Assembly: GCA_038087875.1 (NCBI GenBank)
Contig: CM075990.1
Span: 186,001-250,000, forward strand
DNA: 64,000 nt
Direction of reading: 5' to 3'
Source: Malacoraja senta
Lineage: Eukaryota
Shown in pieces: positions 12,049 to 24,180 of the stretch (its first letter is position 1; every line of letters begins with the position of its first letter). The notes beneath the pieces were generated by a model that was not told the origin of the DNA, made no database searches, and worked only from the letters and a program-made list of their open reading frames with translations. The position numbers and the translations under genes are program-made.

Positions 12049-13529
12049 TTTAGGGCGTGGCACAACACACAAAGTATCAGTACTTTATAATCAAAGCAGT
12101 CTTTCTGCTGTTGCTGCACCTCCACTCTTTTGCAGCAGTTAAATAGTCTTGTGAAGGCTTTCTTGGTAAGCAACAGAAGCAGTCTCCTCCTGATAAGATA
12201 GGAATGTCCGTGCCAATCCTCCCTGTCGTCAAAAATGGAGCTTCCGGAAGCTTCTTCCCCAGGCCTCCGTCGCCTCCCCGGCTTCAACGAAATCCAAGGC
12301 ACTGTTGCCGTTCTTACCCAGCACACGTGGACCGGGCAAGTCGGTGTAGGAGGGAGCTTTCCGATGTTACTGACCACAAACACCGCTCTAGACTCAGCTC
12401 CCACTAGTTCAAGTGTAACTTGGCCTTCCGCCAGCCACTGCCGCTCCTACGACTTTCCAGATACACGGACAAATCCTCCCTAATTAGAGGAATCTTTGAA
12501 CAAAGAAAGTCTCTGCAGATCGACAAAGCTCTGAACTGCAAAGTCTGACTGCTTTTGTTTCTCCCCGCCAAACAATACCTTCCGAAAAGTTCATCAAATC
12601 CTCCCTGCCAGCAGAACAGCTTCTCACCTGGCCCCGCTCTGGGAGTAGAAGTGGGGGCGTATCCAGACCGCAACGGCCGTTAGCCCCAGGCCAGTTTGGC
12701 GATCGTTTGCCTGCTTCTGCTGTTGGAGGTGAGACGTTGCGTCGCGCCAGGGTCTTGGGCCTGTCCAACTTTGGCCGTCAATTACGCGACAGGCCGTTGG
12801 CGCGCAAAGATTTCGTTCGCTACAAAAATTTTGTATGCACCGTGCAATGTCGCGCACAACTACATACCCCTCCGCGCTTCTCAGTGGAACCGGCTCCGCG
12901 CGTGCATACGATGCCCGTGTGCCTCAACGCGACAACGAGGTCGTGTAATTTGCGTGCCAAGGACACGTAAGTGGGACAGGCCCTTTACAGTGCTTGCAGC
13001 GCCAGAGACCCGTGTTCGATCCCGACTATGGGTGCTGTCTGTACGGAGATTGTACGTTCTCCACGTGACCTGCGTGGGTTTTCTCCGAGATTTTCGGTTT
13101 CCTCCCACACTCCAAAGACGTACAGGTTTACAGGTTAATTGGCTTGGTATAAGTGTAAATTGTCCCTTGTGCGTGCAGGATAGTGATAGTGTGCGAGGAT
13201 CGCTGGTCGGCGTGGACTCGGTAGGCCGAAGGGCCAGTTTCCGCGCTGTATCTCTAAAAACTAAAAGACCAGCAAGCCCGAGACCGAGGTCAGACAAGTC
13301 CGAGATCGGCAGATCAACCACACATGTGTCCCGGTGACAAGGGACAGCGCCCCCATTCAGTTCTGGATTTTCTTGTCACTGTAAATAAAACATATCACTC
13401 GAGATCACCCTTCTGTGAGTGTCGACATGGTCACTGCCAAACCCAGTGTCATGCCCGACTTTGCAATGTCACAGCTTGGATGATGAGGATGGTGTCAAGG
13501 ATTGCTCAGCTGTGAGATCTGGATTCTTG

Positions 13530-13640
13530 AGTGAAAAACAAATTGCTGGAGGAACTCAGCAGATCAGGCAAGATCAATGGAAGCCAATGAACAGACGGTG
13601 TTTCAGGTGGAGGCCTCTTCTCCAGACTGAACCCGACCCA
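13530..13640 (-). mobile_element. Diverged Penelope-end (hammerhead-family) repeat
   Basis: TGCTGGAGGAACTCAGCAGATCAGGCA..GTTTCAGG..CTTCTCCAGACT is a decayed match to the family. Confidence 0.55.
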
Positions 13641-13689
13641 AAATGATAGCAATTGTCCTGCTCTGGTGGAGAGAATAAGAACCGTCAAC

Positions 13690-14550
13690 CTTTTCTGATG
13701 ATGAACAATGATCTGATCATGTTCGAAATGCCTCTGATAATGATGTAACCTCGTGGTATTGATCAATCCTTGAGATAAAGATTAACTTGTTAGTGCTATT
13801 GGCTGAATGACTTGGGGTAGTAATCAACCTCTGCGATAAAGACTGATCCTGCTCTGATAATGATAAACTCACTGTGATAAACATCGACCCACCTGATAAT
13901 GATCGATGGCCCTCTTGTGATCATCCCTAACCTGACCCGGAGCAATGATCGATCCACCGCACTGTGTTAGAAACGTCTCACAGCTGGTAAACATTATCCC
14001 TGTCAAAGTGGTCAACCTAAATTCAAAACCCCCCCCTCGACCAGAAAATCAACCACCCCACAGTGATAAACTCCCAGCCCCAGCAGTAATTGATCTAGTG
14101 GAGCTGCCGGTGAAAGCTCCAAAGACCCAAGTCCAGTGACCCTGGCAATAATCACCTTCTTCTTGAGAAAATCATCCTTATCCTGAGAAAATTACCCTCA
14201 ACCCTTGATAATTACTCTCACCCTGTGATATTTACTCACACCCTGTGATAATTACTCGCACCCTGTGATAATTACTCACACCCTGTGATAATTACTCACC
14301 CTGTGATAATTACTCACATCCTGTGATAATTACTCACTGTGATAATTAATCACACCTCTGTGATAATTACTCACACCTCTGTGATTATTACTCACTACTC
14401 TGTGATAATTACTCACATCCTATGATGAATACCATCATGCGTTGATAATCTTCCTCAATCGGAGAACGTCAACTGCACCCATTGATACTCGCCCTTTCCC
14501 TGTAATAACCGTGCCCACGTGCCAATAATCACCCTGCCGCAGATCACCAT
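13690..14550. repeat. Degenerate ~20-bp minisatellite (CCCTGTGATAATTACTCACA), best preserved at 14190-14430
   Basis: About 11 near-perfect units in the core, with degenerate TGATAA-bearing units on both sides. It resumes at 20089-20500 and 25652-25858. Confidence 0.85.
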
Positions 14551-14698
14551 TGTAATGTATTCATACATATTCATGTATATGCTAATGAGTTGGTGTTCAA
14601 TATAAGCAAGGAATGTTGGGTAATAAATCTCTCTCTTGTGATCCAGGCAACCAGCGTGTAAGTTGTTATTCATTCTGCCGTCCGGAATATAACAAAAT

Positions 14699-14716
14699 TG
14701 GCGACGAGGATGGGAT
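14699..14716 (+). promoter_or_regulatory. Primer-binding site, complementary to the 3' end of tRNA-Ser(GCT)
   Basis: TGGCGACGAGGATGGGAT is the reverse complement of ATCCCATCCTCGTCGCCA, which I recall as the vertebrate tRNA-Ser(GCT) 3' end. Confidence 0.8.
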
Positions 14717-17700
14717 AGAGTTTGTGAACTCATCCTTTAAATACAGTGCAGGACTGTTTTGCAACATGCAGTATTGTTAAACATTTTAAACAGTAAATAC
14801 GGAGTTGTGTCGCAGTTGTTTGCGAGCTGGACATGATAGGCCACAGATCCTTCTATGCAGGGGTCTGTAGTTTAAAACAGCTGCTGGACAAATCGTCGAT
14901 AGCTTTTCAGGCTATCTCTATGTTGTGTCTACGTGGCAAGATACCGTCCTTGGGATTGTATACGATTTTTTTTTGTCGAGTTCCTCAAACTGAACAGCCA
15001 TTGTGCAGTTAAGTTTTAGGTGAATTGTTACACCACAACAGACAAGAAATCGGGGTTTTTGAACCGACTTAAAAAAAAAAGAGAATGACTTGATGGCAGC
15101 GTTCACGGGCAATAAACCTTGGCACTTTTGACAAGAGTAGAGAGCCGTTCAGCTCCTATATGGAGAGAGCAAATATATTTTTCACGGCAAACAACATAAT
15201 GGAGATTAGTGCTGAAGGAGAGTGACTGAAACAAATAAGGCTGTTTGCAAATGCATGAAAGCGATTCTGCTCACAGAGATCGGTTCTGAAGTTTACGGCA
15301 CACTCGTGAATCTCCTTGCGCACATAAAGGCAAAAGACGTGCCATTCAATGACGTTATGAAGAAGTTGGAGGAGCACTTCAACCCAAAGCCTCTGGAAAT
15401 TGCAGAAACCTATAAATTTGGCACTAGAAACCGGAAGCAGAATGAGACAATCAATGAGTACATTGTTGCTTTGAAAAACGTAAGTTTGTGCAACTTTGGA
15501 ACCTTTGGAACCTTTCTCGGACACGCACTACGCGACACATTTGTTTGTGGTCTAGTGGATGAACGAATTAAGTTCAAACGCATGAACACTCCAGATCTCA
15601 CATTCGAGAAAGCATGCAAGATTGCTAGCACAATGGAGATGGCATCAAAGAATGCTCGCGAGATTCGTCCACCAAGGACTGCAGTGGCCGTTTACAGTCA
15701 CAAGGCAGTGCCTATGGCCAAACCAAGAGGCGCTAAATCAAAACCAAAGTATGGCGGGGAGCCGAGTTCAGCCAGTTGTTATCGTTGCAATGGTAATCAC
15801 TCATCCAATTTTGTCAGTTCAAAATGGCCAAGTGCTATAACTGCCAGAAGAAAGGCCATATCGCTTCAGCATGTCGGGCCAAGCTTAAAGCAGGAAACCA
15901 ACAATCTGCGGGAAACAAGCAACAACACCAGAGAGGAGTTCAGAACTTGGAGATGAACTCAGATGGAAATGAACTTGGGTTGTACATGATTTATGCAACC
16001 AACATCGATAAGCCTACAACCAGCCAAGGCAAGGACTTTCAAACTAAACTATTGATAAATGAACAGTTAATCGATATATGTATTGACACGGCAGCAGATT
16101 GTTCGGTCATGAGCAAAGACCTGTGCGAAGCAAAGTTCCTACAGGTACCATTGTTTGAGAGTAAGGTCAAGCTGAGAACCTACTCGGGCGAAGTGTTGGA
16201 GACATGCAGACAAATGAACTGTAAAGTTCAGCATAATGGTCAGTCGGTAACACTGCCCATCATAGTGGCCAGCTACAGAAATAAACCAACCCTCCTTGGA
16301 AAGGATTGGCTGAGTAAAATAGAGTTCGACTGGAAGAACATTTTCAGCGTCAATTTGTCCAAATCACGTCTTGAAAACATCATAAGCAAACATGCAAACA
16401 TTTTTGCTAACAGTTACAAGGGAATAACAGGGTACTCTGCACACATTCGACTTATGCAAGATGTGAGACCTGTGTATTGTCGACCAAGACCTGTACCATA
16501 TGCACTAAAGCACAAGTGGAGGAAGAATTCGACAGGTTAGAGCGGAATGGAGTACTCGTGAAGGCAGAGCAGAGTAACTGGGCAACGCCAATTGTGGCCG
16601 TACCCAAGGCCGACAAAACTGTTCGACTATGTGGTGACTACAAAGTCACAATCAACCAAGCCGTTGATGATGAACAATATCCGTTACCAACCTCGCAAGA
16701 TCTAGCAAGAGTCTTCACTAAACTGGATTTGCCCAACTCAATGTCGACAAGGAAAGTCAGCAGTACTTGACTATCAACATACATAAGGGCTTGTATTCAG
16801 ATACAAAGCTGCCCTATGGTGTGAAATCCTCAGTCTGTCATGGACCAAATATTACAAGGCATTCCGCACTGTGTGTGTAACTAGGATGACCTACTGATAT
16901 TCACAGAGGGCATGGTAGAACATCTGGAAATCCTTGAGCAAGTTCTCACACGACTGAACTGCCACAATGTCAAACTGCGACAAAGTAAATGTGCATTTGC
17001 GCAGAGGTGGTCTACCTTGGACTCAAAGTAGATGCCAATGGACTTTGCCCTTGGGTCATTCCTTGGGATGGTGCAGTTCTATGCATGATTCCTTCCAGAT
17101 TTAGCAACTGTGCTAAAGCAACTACATCATCTACAAAATGATGTGAAATGGACGTGGGGAAAGGAACAGCAACGTGCATATGACATCTGCAAGGAAAACT
17201 TGACAAGTGACAAACTCCTTGTTCACTACGATACAACACGCAAGATGAAACTTGCTTGTGATGCTTCAAGTTATGGTGTAGGTGCAGTGATCTCCCACGT
17301 AATGAATGACAGACAGGAAAAGCCTATTGCTTTTGCATCCCGCACCCTATCACTGAATGTGCGTAATTATGCACAGATAGAAAAGGAACCACTCAGCATT
17401 GTGTTCGGAATCAAGAAATTCCATCAGTTTCTTCTCGGCAGACCATTCACCCTAGTGACTGATCACAAGCCACTACTAGTGATACTTGGTCCCAAGTCAG
17501 CTATATCTTCCGTGGTGGCATCAAGGATGCAGCGCTAGGCAATTTTGTTATCCCAGTATGACTACAAGATTACAGAAGCTCCAAGTGCAACGCAGTTGCA
17601 GATATGTTGTCCCGGTTGCCCCACGAGAACTCTGACGTGGGAAGGGGGAACTCAATCTACACACTGCAAGTTGTAGATGAAGACTTTCCAGTGACTGCAA

Positions 17701-18525
17701 CAGAAATTACAGCAGAAACAGAGAAAGACACTGTGCTGAAGTGGGTCTATGAACAGACATTGAACGGTTGGACTGAAATCGATAGTGGATTGAACTCAGT
17801 TCTGAACTCAGAGCTGAAGCCTTTCTAATATCGACGCCATGAATTACCATGTGAGCAGGGATGCATTAAGTGGGGTTACAGAGTGGTTGTACCAGAGTCT
17901 TTGAGAAACAAAACTATGAATGAACTCCATTCCGAACATCCTGGCATAGTAAGCATGAAGTCAATTGCCAGAAGTTTTGTGTATTGGCTTGGTATTGACA
18001 GTGACATTGAGTCACTGGTGAGCAAATGTTGTGGCTGCCAAAATTACTGGAGTAAACCACCAAAAACACCAGTACAACCCTGGTCATGGCCAAGTAGACC
18101 TTTTCAGAGAGTTCATGTAGATTTTTGTGAAAAGGATAATGATCACTTTCTGGTACTAGTAGATAGTCATTCCAAATGGATTGAGGTTAAGCATATGGGG
18201 TCAAGCACTACTACTGAGTGTACCATAGATGAGTTGAGATCCATTTTTGCATCCCATGGTTTACCGGAAAAACTTGTTTCTGATAATGGGCCTCAGTTTC
18301 GTTCAGAACGGTTCAAAGAGTTCATGCAGCGGAATAGTGTAAAACACAAACTTGTTCCCCCAGACCCATCCAGCCTCCAACGGGTGCAGCAGAAAGGTCT
18401 GTTAGAGTTGTCAAAGATGCTCTCAAGAAACAAGTTTTACAGAGTAGTTCAAAGCTCAGCATGAAACATCATTTGACTAGTTTCTTGCTGAAGTACAGAA
18501 CCACACAACACACAACAACAGGTTA

Positions 18526-19220
18526 AGGGCCTGTCCCACTTACGTGTCCTTGGCACGCAAATTACGCGACCTCGTGGTCACGTTGAAGTGCACGGGCATC
18601 ATATGGCCGCGCGGGGCCGGTCCCACTGAGAAGCGCGGAGGGGTATGGAGTTGTGCGCGACATCGCGCGGGACTCCGAAATTTTTGTAGCGAACGAAATC
18701 TTCGCGCGCCAACGGCCTGTCGTGTAACCGACGGCTAAAGTGGGACAGGCCCAGGACCCTGGCGCGACGCAACGTCTCACCTCCAACAGCAGCAGAAGCA
18801 GTCAAATGATCGCCGAACTCGGCCTGGGGCTCACGGCAGTTGTGGTCCGGATCCGCCCCCACTTTTCCTCCCAGAGCGGGGCCAAGACAATTGAAGATGG
18901 ACACAAAATGCTGGAGTAACTCAGTGGGACCGACAGCATCTCTGGAGAGAAGCAATGGGTGACGTTTCGGGTCAAGACCCTTCTTTTCAGACTGAAGAAG
19001 AGTCTCGACATGAAATGTCACCAATTCCTTCTCTCCAGAGATACTGCCGGTCCCGCTGAGTTACTCCTGCATTTTGTCCATCTTCAAATGACGTTACGCG
19101 CTCCAGATGGCTGTGCATACGCATGAAATCGCATGCGACCTTCGCAGGACCATCGCGGCTCAACGCGACCACGAGGTCGCGTAATTTGCGTGCCAAGGAC
19201 ACGTAAGTGGGACAGGCCCT
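18526..19220 (+). mobile_element. PIF/Harbinger-type MITE family A, copy 2 (695 bp, no Tx1), inserted in the Gypsy integrase
   Basis: ~60-bp TIRs AGGGCCTGTCCCACTTACGTGTCC.., flanked by TTA (18523-18525) and TAA (19221-19223). Removal restores integrase TTTG-x-SPAELL. Confidence 0.88.
18890..19088. ncRNA. Palindromic head-to-head pair of Penelope-derived hammerhead-like motifs inside the MITE
   Basis: ~95-bp inverted arms are centred on CAGACTG (~18991). Each arm reads CTGAA(N)GA-A-stem II-GAAAYGTC. The equivalent, partly deleted palindrome lies at 6313-6468. Confidence 0.6.
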
Positions 19221-20504
19221 TAATTCACCTGCAGAACTGTTGATGAAGAGAAGGCTAAGAATATGCCTAAGTCCAGTTCAAACCAATTTGGCTTTGAGAT
19301 TTGAGCAAAAACAGTTAATTCAAAAACGTCATTTTGACTCCCACAAAAAGGAAAGCTACTTAAAGCCAGATGAGCAGGTTCATGTTCTCAGTCCTCCCAA
19401 CAAGTTCAGTCAAGACAAATGAGATGTTAGGAAAATAGTGGAAGTGTGTGGAACAAAAAGATACTTAGTTGAAGTTGGAGATAGGATCAAAAGTGTTCAT
19501 GTTGATCAAATGATTCCAGCCAAAGATGAACCAAAAACTGAGCATGAAGTCCTAATCCCCGAGTATTTATCTGAAAGTGAGTTGGAAGAGACCACCGTGA
19601 TTGTAACACAAAGCTCAGTTAGTACAGACAAAGAAACAGATTCCTCTGGTCAAAGTCAGGGTACGAATACAGAGCCAAACAAGCCTGCAGTTGAGTCAAC
19701 ACTTAAACCTGTTACACCAGTTACTGTTGGACGATCAGGCAGGATCCGTAAACCAGCAGTCAGGTTAGGTTTGTAAGTTAAATAAATCACTGCACAAGTA
19801 AAACAAAAATGTGTAGATATGTAAAATAAATAAATTATGCTATCATTTAAAATTTCATGAAAACCGGTTTAAATCGAGTATCACCACAACAACATTGTAA
19901 CTGAGTACTTAGATTTAATACTTTAAAAAAGGAGAGCAGTGTAATGTATTCATACATATTCATGTATATGTTAATGAGTTGGTGTTCAATATAAGCAGGG
20001 AATGTTGGGTAATAAATCTCTCTCTCGTGATCCAGGCAACCAGCGTGTAAGTTGTTATTCATTCTGCCGTCGGGAATATAACAACCATCGCCAGCTGATA
20101 ATCCTCTTGTTGCTGATTACTACCCTCCTCTTGCGGTAATCACACTCACTCACTGATAATCACCCACCCGGGGGATAGTCCTCCCTGTTATTACCAACTT
20201 CTCCTGCTGCAATAACCCTAAACTGCAGATAAATGCCCCCACTCCTCTTGATAATCACTGCCCCCCTGAAGACAAATCACCCTCACTCTGTGATACTCAC
20301 ACACCCGTGATCATCACACCCGCTAGATGATAATCACCTCTGTGATATTCAGGTCTATGACGAACATCACCATTCCATACCCCCAGAGATGCTGAGTGTC
20401 CCACTGAGTTACTCTAGCATTTTGTGTATCTCTTCTGTGATATTTATGTTTACCCTGTTTTAATAACCTGCTGATAATTACCTTCACCTTGTGATGATTA
20501 CATT

Positions 20505-20788
20505 GTGACGCAGCGGTAGAGTGCTGCCTTACAGCACCAGAGACTCGGGTTTGAACCTGACTACGGGTGCTGTCTGTACGGAGTTTGTATGTTCTCCCCG
20601 TGACCTGCGTGGGTTTTCTCCCGGTGCTCTAGTTTCGTGCCACATTCCAAAGACATACACGTTTGAAGGTTAATTGTAAATTGTCTTTACTGTGTGTAGG
20701 ATAGTGTTAATGTGCAGGTATCGTGTTAATGTGCGGTGGGCCGAAGGGCCTGTTTCCACGCTGTATCTCTAAACTAAACTAAATTAAA
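20505..20788 (+). mobile_element. HE1-type V-SINE
   Basis: GCAGCGGTAGAG..GCCTTACAGC head, SINE core and (CTAAA)n tail. Confidence 0.88.
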
Positions 20789-21309
20789 CACTAATAATAG
20801 TAAGATTAAACGAGAACTTACCTAAGTTTGATGTTTGATCTTTATTTTATGAGGTGTTACGTAGGTGATTACGTGAAGAACCCCACCAGTGCGCCTGCGC
20901 GTCAATCTTCAAAGCAGCGGTGTGAAATCACAAAAAACAACAACCGAAGTAATATAGTCTCATAATAAAATGAGTAATACAAGAACTTCCATCTGACCTT
21001 TATGATAGAGGGTAGGGTCGTGGCGGGCACGTAATCACCTACGTAACTCCTCATAAAATAAAGATCAAACTTCAAACTTAGGTAAGTTCTCGTTTAATCT
21101 TACTATTTTACTTCGGAGTCATGTGAGTGACTACGTGAAGATTTTAAAGCTTTGTGATTTCATGCCGTGGATCAATCCCGGCTTCTCACTGCATAGATTG
21201 ACTCGGAACGAGAATAATCAATCATGCATTCATAATAACATTTGTACCACAAATTCAGTAATTCATTTCAATAATGAAATGAATCAGATCCCCTTTAAAC
21301 CAGAGGAAT

Positions 21310-22260
21310 TTACACAGAACTTAAAATAGTTTCTGCAAACAACCCCGCATTAACAATAGGCCGATGGTAAAAATGTTGAAACATCAACTCATTGGACCAC
21401 CCGGTGGCTGCGAGGATATGGTCGACGGGGCCGTCTTTTGCCCTGGCCGCCGACGTTTCTGCTGCCCTAGTCGAGTGAGACGTAAAAACATAAGTGTTAA
21501 TACCAGCAGCTGTTAAGACTTCTTTTATCCATCTGGAAATAGTCTGTATTGAAACTCTCTTGTGTGGTTTCTTGTGTGTGATCAACAACCCAGTTTCCGT
21601 ATTCTCAAATTCTTTGTGACCTCAATGTATTGTAATAAATATGTCTTAATACAGAGACATGGATCATTTGGATATGCTGCTAGCATAATTTTAAATCCTG
21701 TCACACCTGGCCTAATTTACTTTAGTAGGTCATAGATATAGAATGTAACCTTGTCTTCAGTTACTTCCATACTGTCTTTTTGTAATTTTCCAAGTGTTTG
21801 CACTCGTTGTGCTGTCACTCATGCCAGAAGCATGAATACTTTCATACTGAGCTTGACCAAAGGTAAAGACACACTTGATGACCTTTCACGAAGTAGTTTC
21901 AGTACCACACTTACATCCCAGATTGTCACGTACCTAGGTTTCGGTGGTTTGGAATTAAAGATTCCTTTCATTAGTCTGGAAACAATTGGGTGTGACCCAA
22001 TTGAGTTTCTTTCTGAATCCAGAACCAAATATGAGGACAATGCACTTCTGGCTGAATTAATTGCACTACAACTCAGACCTTGATCATAATAAAGTTTTGA
22101 CAGAAATTCTAAACATTTGAAATATCTGCAGTACTTTGTTGCACATTCTTTTGTACACAGAACTCTTCCCATTTCTTAATATAAGAAAGGTACTGTTTTT
22201 GAGTGCTCTTCCTCCCGGCTGCCGTAAGCATGTCCACAGTATGCTCAGACAGTCCTCGTC
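21310..22260 (-). pseudogene. DIRS tyrosine recombinase
   Basis: INSARSALS, HPIVSRLMKGIFN..P.PRY, TISRWIK and HSTRAA..GWS..F..FY motifs; frameshifted. Confidence 0.9.
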
Positions 22261-22269
22261 CCAGAAAAG

Positions 22270-24180
22270 GCATTCTTAAAACCTGCAAATCAACAAATCC
22301 AAACGATGGTATAATGGATGTTGTTACCCTGTTACAGAGTGCAACAATAAATTACTCCTTTTTGGGACTTTCATCAACATTTGTGTTGTTAATTCTAATA
22401 TCAACAGATATCATGGCTGTATAGGCCAATCTGGTAATACCAATACCCTTGAAGCAGCATCTTGCCTGATTTTAAGCAAACATTGGCTTATGAGGCAGAA
22501 AGGTGGAAATATATATGAAAACATACCACCCAAATGTAGCGAGAAAGCATCAATCGCCACTGCTCCTGGATCTGGTTTCCATGAGACATATCTCGATAGC
22601 TGATGATTCAAGTCGATGTCGGTCATTCCAAATCTGGTTACTATATCATTGAATACCTCTTGATTCAACATCCATTCTTTATTATCATGGAACTTTCGTG
22701 ACCTGGTGTCTGCTATCATATTCATTCTACCTGGTAGATGGATAGCTGAAATCCAAATATTCTTTTCAATACACCAAGACCAAATTTGATTAGCCATTTT
22801 GTCACATGACACCGACTTGATTCCACCCATATGATTAATATAGGCAACTGCTGATGTGTTATCAATTTGAACTTGAACATGCTTATTAGTTGTGTTAGAA
22901 CAGTAAGCTTGGAGCCCATAGAAACATCCTAGAAGCTCCAAATAGTTAATTCCCCATGTCTGCAGTAACAATGACTCTTCCTGATTCCATCTGCCTCCGC
23001 AGCTAGATGTTAAGTCAGTTGCACCCCATCCTAGTGCACTGGCATCAGTTTGTAATATCATGGAAGGTTGTTCAATCAGCACTTTGCTGGAACTGCTTGA
23101 GACATGTAGAATCCACCACTGCAGATCAGAAACTGCATTTGTTGTTAGTTGCATGGTTCTATCAAAATGACCAACATGCTTTCTCAGTGCCTGTTCTTTA
23201 ATTCTCTGCAGCTGTTGATAATGTAATGGTCCAAATTGAACTGCTGGGAATGCTGCTACTAATTTTCCCAGTATACGAGCCACCTGTCTAATTGAGGGTT
23301 TTTGCTCGTTTAGGAGATTACTACAATCTTTAATCAAATCCACCCTTTTTTCCCTGGGCAAAGTAATATTCATTTGGACTGAATCAATTGTAAACCCAAA
23401 TAATTAATAGAGGTACATGGTGTTAACCTAGATTTCTTTGGATGAATTAGAAACCCCAAATTTTCAAAAGTTGATTTCACAACTGCAACAGATGCTTCTG
23501 TTGACTGTTTTGTCTTTCCTATAATCAAGACATCATCCAAATATGCCATGAATACATGCCCCTGGCTTCTCAGCAAACCCAGAATTGGTTTTAACAATTT
23601 TGTGAATATTCTGGGTGCAGATGTTAACCCATTAGGCAGAGCTTTGAACTGCCACAACTGGTTCATCCATTTAAATTTAAGATACTTCCTATCTTCTGAA
23701 TGAACAGACACTGAATAATATGCCTTTCAAGTCTATAGTTGCCATATAACATGCTTCTGAAATAAACTGTTTGGCAGTCACAAATGTTTCCATTTTAAAA
23801 TGTCTAAATTGCACAAGAGGATTCAGATTTGTCAAATCTAGAATAATCCTACATCCTCCATCCTTTTTTGATTGAGGGAATATATTTCACACAAATTGGT
23901 GACTTTGGTAGACTGATTTTTTTCAATAACCCCTTTTTTATATAGGGTTTCAAGTGCAACCTGAACCTCCATCACTTCTTTTTGTACAAAGTGCAGAGTT
24001 CGGCTAGGAAGATGCTGAACAGGCAAATAATAATTTGGATTGAATTCAATTCGAAATCCTTGTATACGATTCAGGATTACCACATTCTGAAGTAATTTTC
24101 TTCCAATTATTATAAAAGAAATGTAACCTGCCTCCAACTTTTGGACTTAATCCAGTTAGTATGTTCCCATGAGAACCAGG
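22270..24180 (-). pseudogene. DIRS RT, RNase H and N6-adenine methyltransferase-like domain
   Basis: LPNGLTSAPRIFTK and YLDD (RT); TDAS..GWG, INYLEL, DN and HLPG..N..AD (RNase H); DAF..YIFPPF..PDWP.QPW (methyltransferase). Confidence 0.9.

Larger units (their letters stand above)
6486..12628 (-). mobile_element. Full-length Tx1-clade (Tx1L-like) non-LTR retrotransposon, inactivated
   Basis: Poly(A) tail (T-run ~6485-6501), two ORFs and a ~580-bp 5' UTR. The 12-bp TSD is TGGAACCGCTCT (6474-6485) / TGGCCCCGCTCT (12629-12640). Confidence 0.92.
6195..12984 (-). mobile_element. PIF/Harbinger-type MITE family A, copy 1 (contains the Tx1 insertion)
   Basis: Long terminal inverted repeats (TIRs) AGCCCCTGTCCCACTTACGTGTCCTTGGCACGC.. 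/ ..GCGTGCCAAGGACACGTAAGTGGGACAGGCCCT. A 3-bp TTA duplication lies at 6192-6194 and 12985-12987. It is colinear in reverse orientation with 18526-19220. Confidence 0.85.
6158..13266 (+). mobile_element. HE1-type SINE split into 6158-6194 and 12985-13266 by a MITE
   Basis: Removing the insert and one TTA restores GCACGGTGGCGCAGC..GTTGCTGCC-TTA-CAGTGCTTGCAGCGCCAGAGACCC, the tRNA-like SINE head. Confidence 0.9.
15100..19776 (+). pseudogene. Gypsy gag-pol, multiply frameshifted
   Basis: LRDTFVCGL and zinc knuckles CYRC..H / CYNCQKKGHIASAC (gag); IDTAA (protease); WATPIV..RLCGDYK (RT); LACDASSYGVGAV (RNase H); H..HPG..C..C, VHVDF and VSDNGPQF (integrase). Confidence 0.92.
14551..20083 (+). mobile_element. 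Gypsy LTR retrotransposon provirus (Mag-clade-like), decayed
   Basis: 144-bp TG..CA LTRs at 14551-14694 and 19940-20083 (4 differences). A 5-bp TSD ACCAT lies at 14546-14550 and 20084-20088. A primer-binding site is present, and a polypurine tract AAAAAAGGAGAG at 19925-19936. Domain order is gag-PR-RT-RH-IN. Confidence 0.96.

Noticed and set aside
22411..22640. Adenine methyltransferase-like motif as a novel or bacterial gene
   Set aside because: This is a known domain of DIRS1-group elements.
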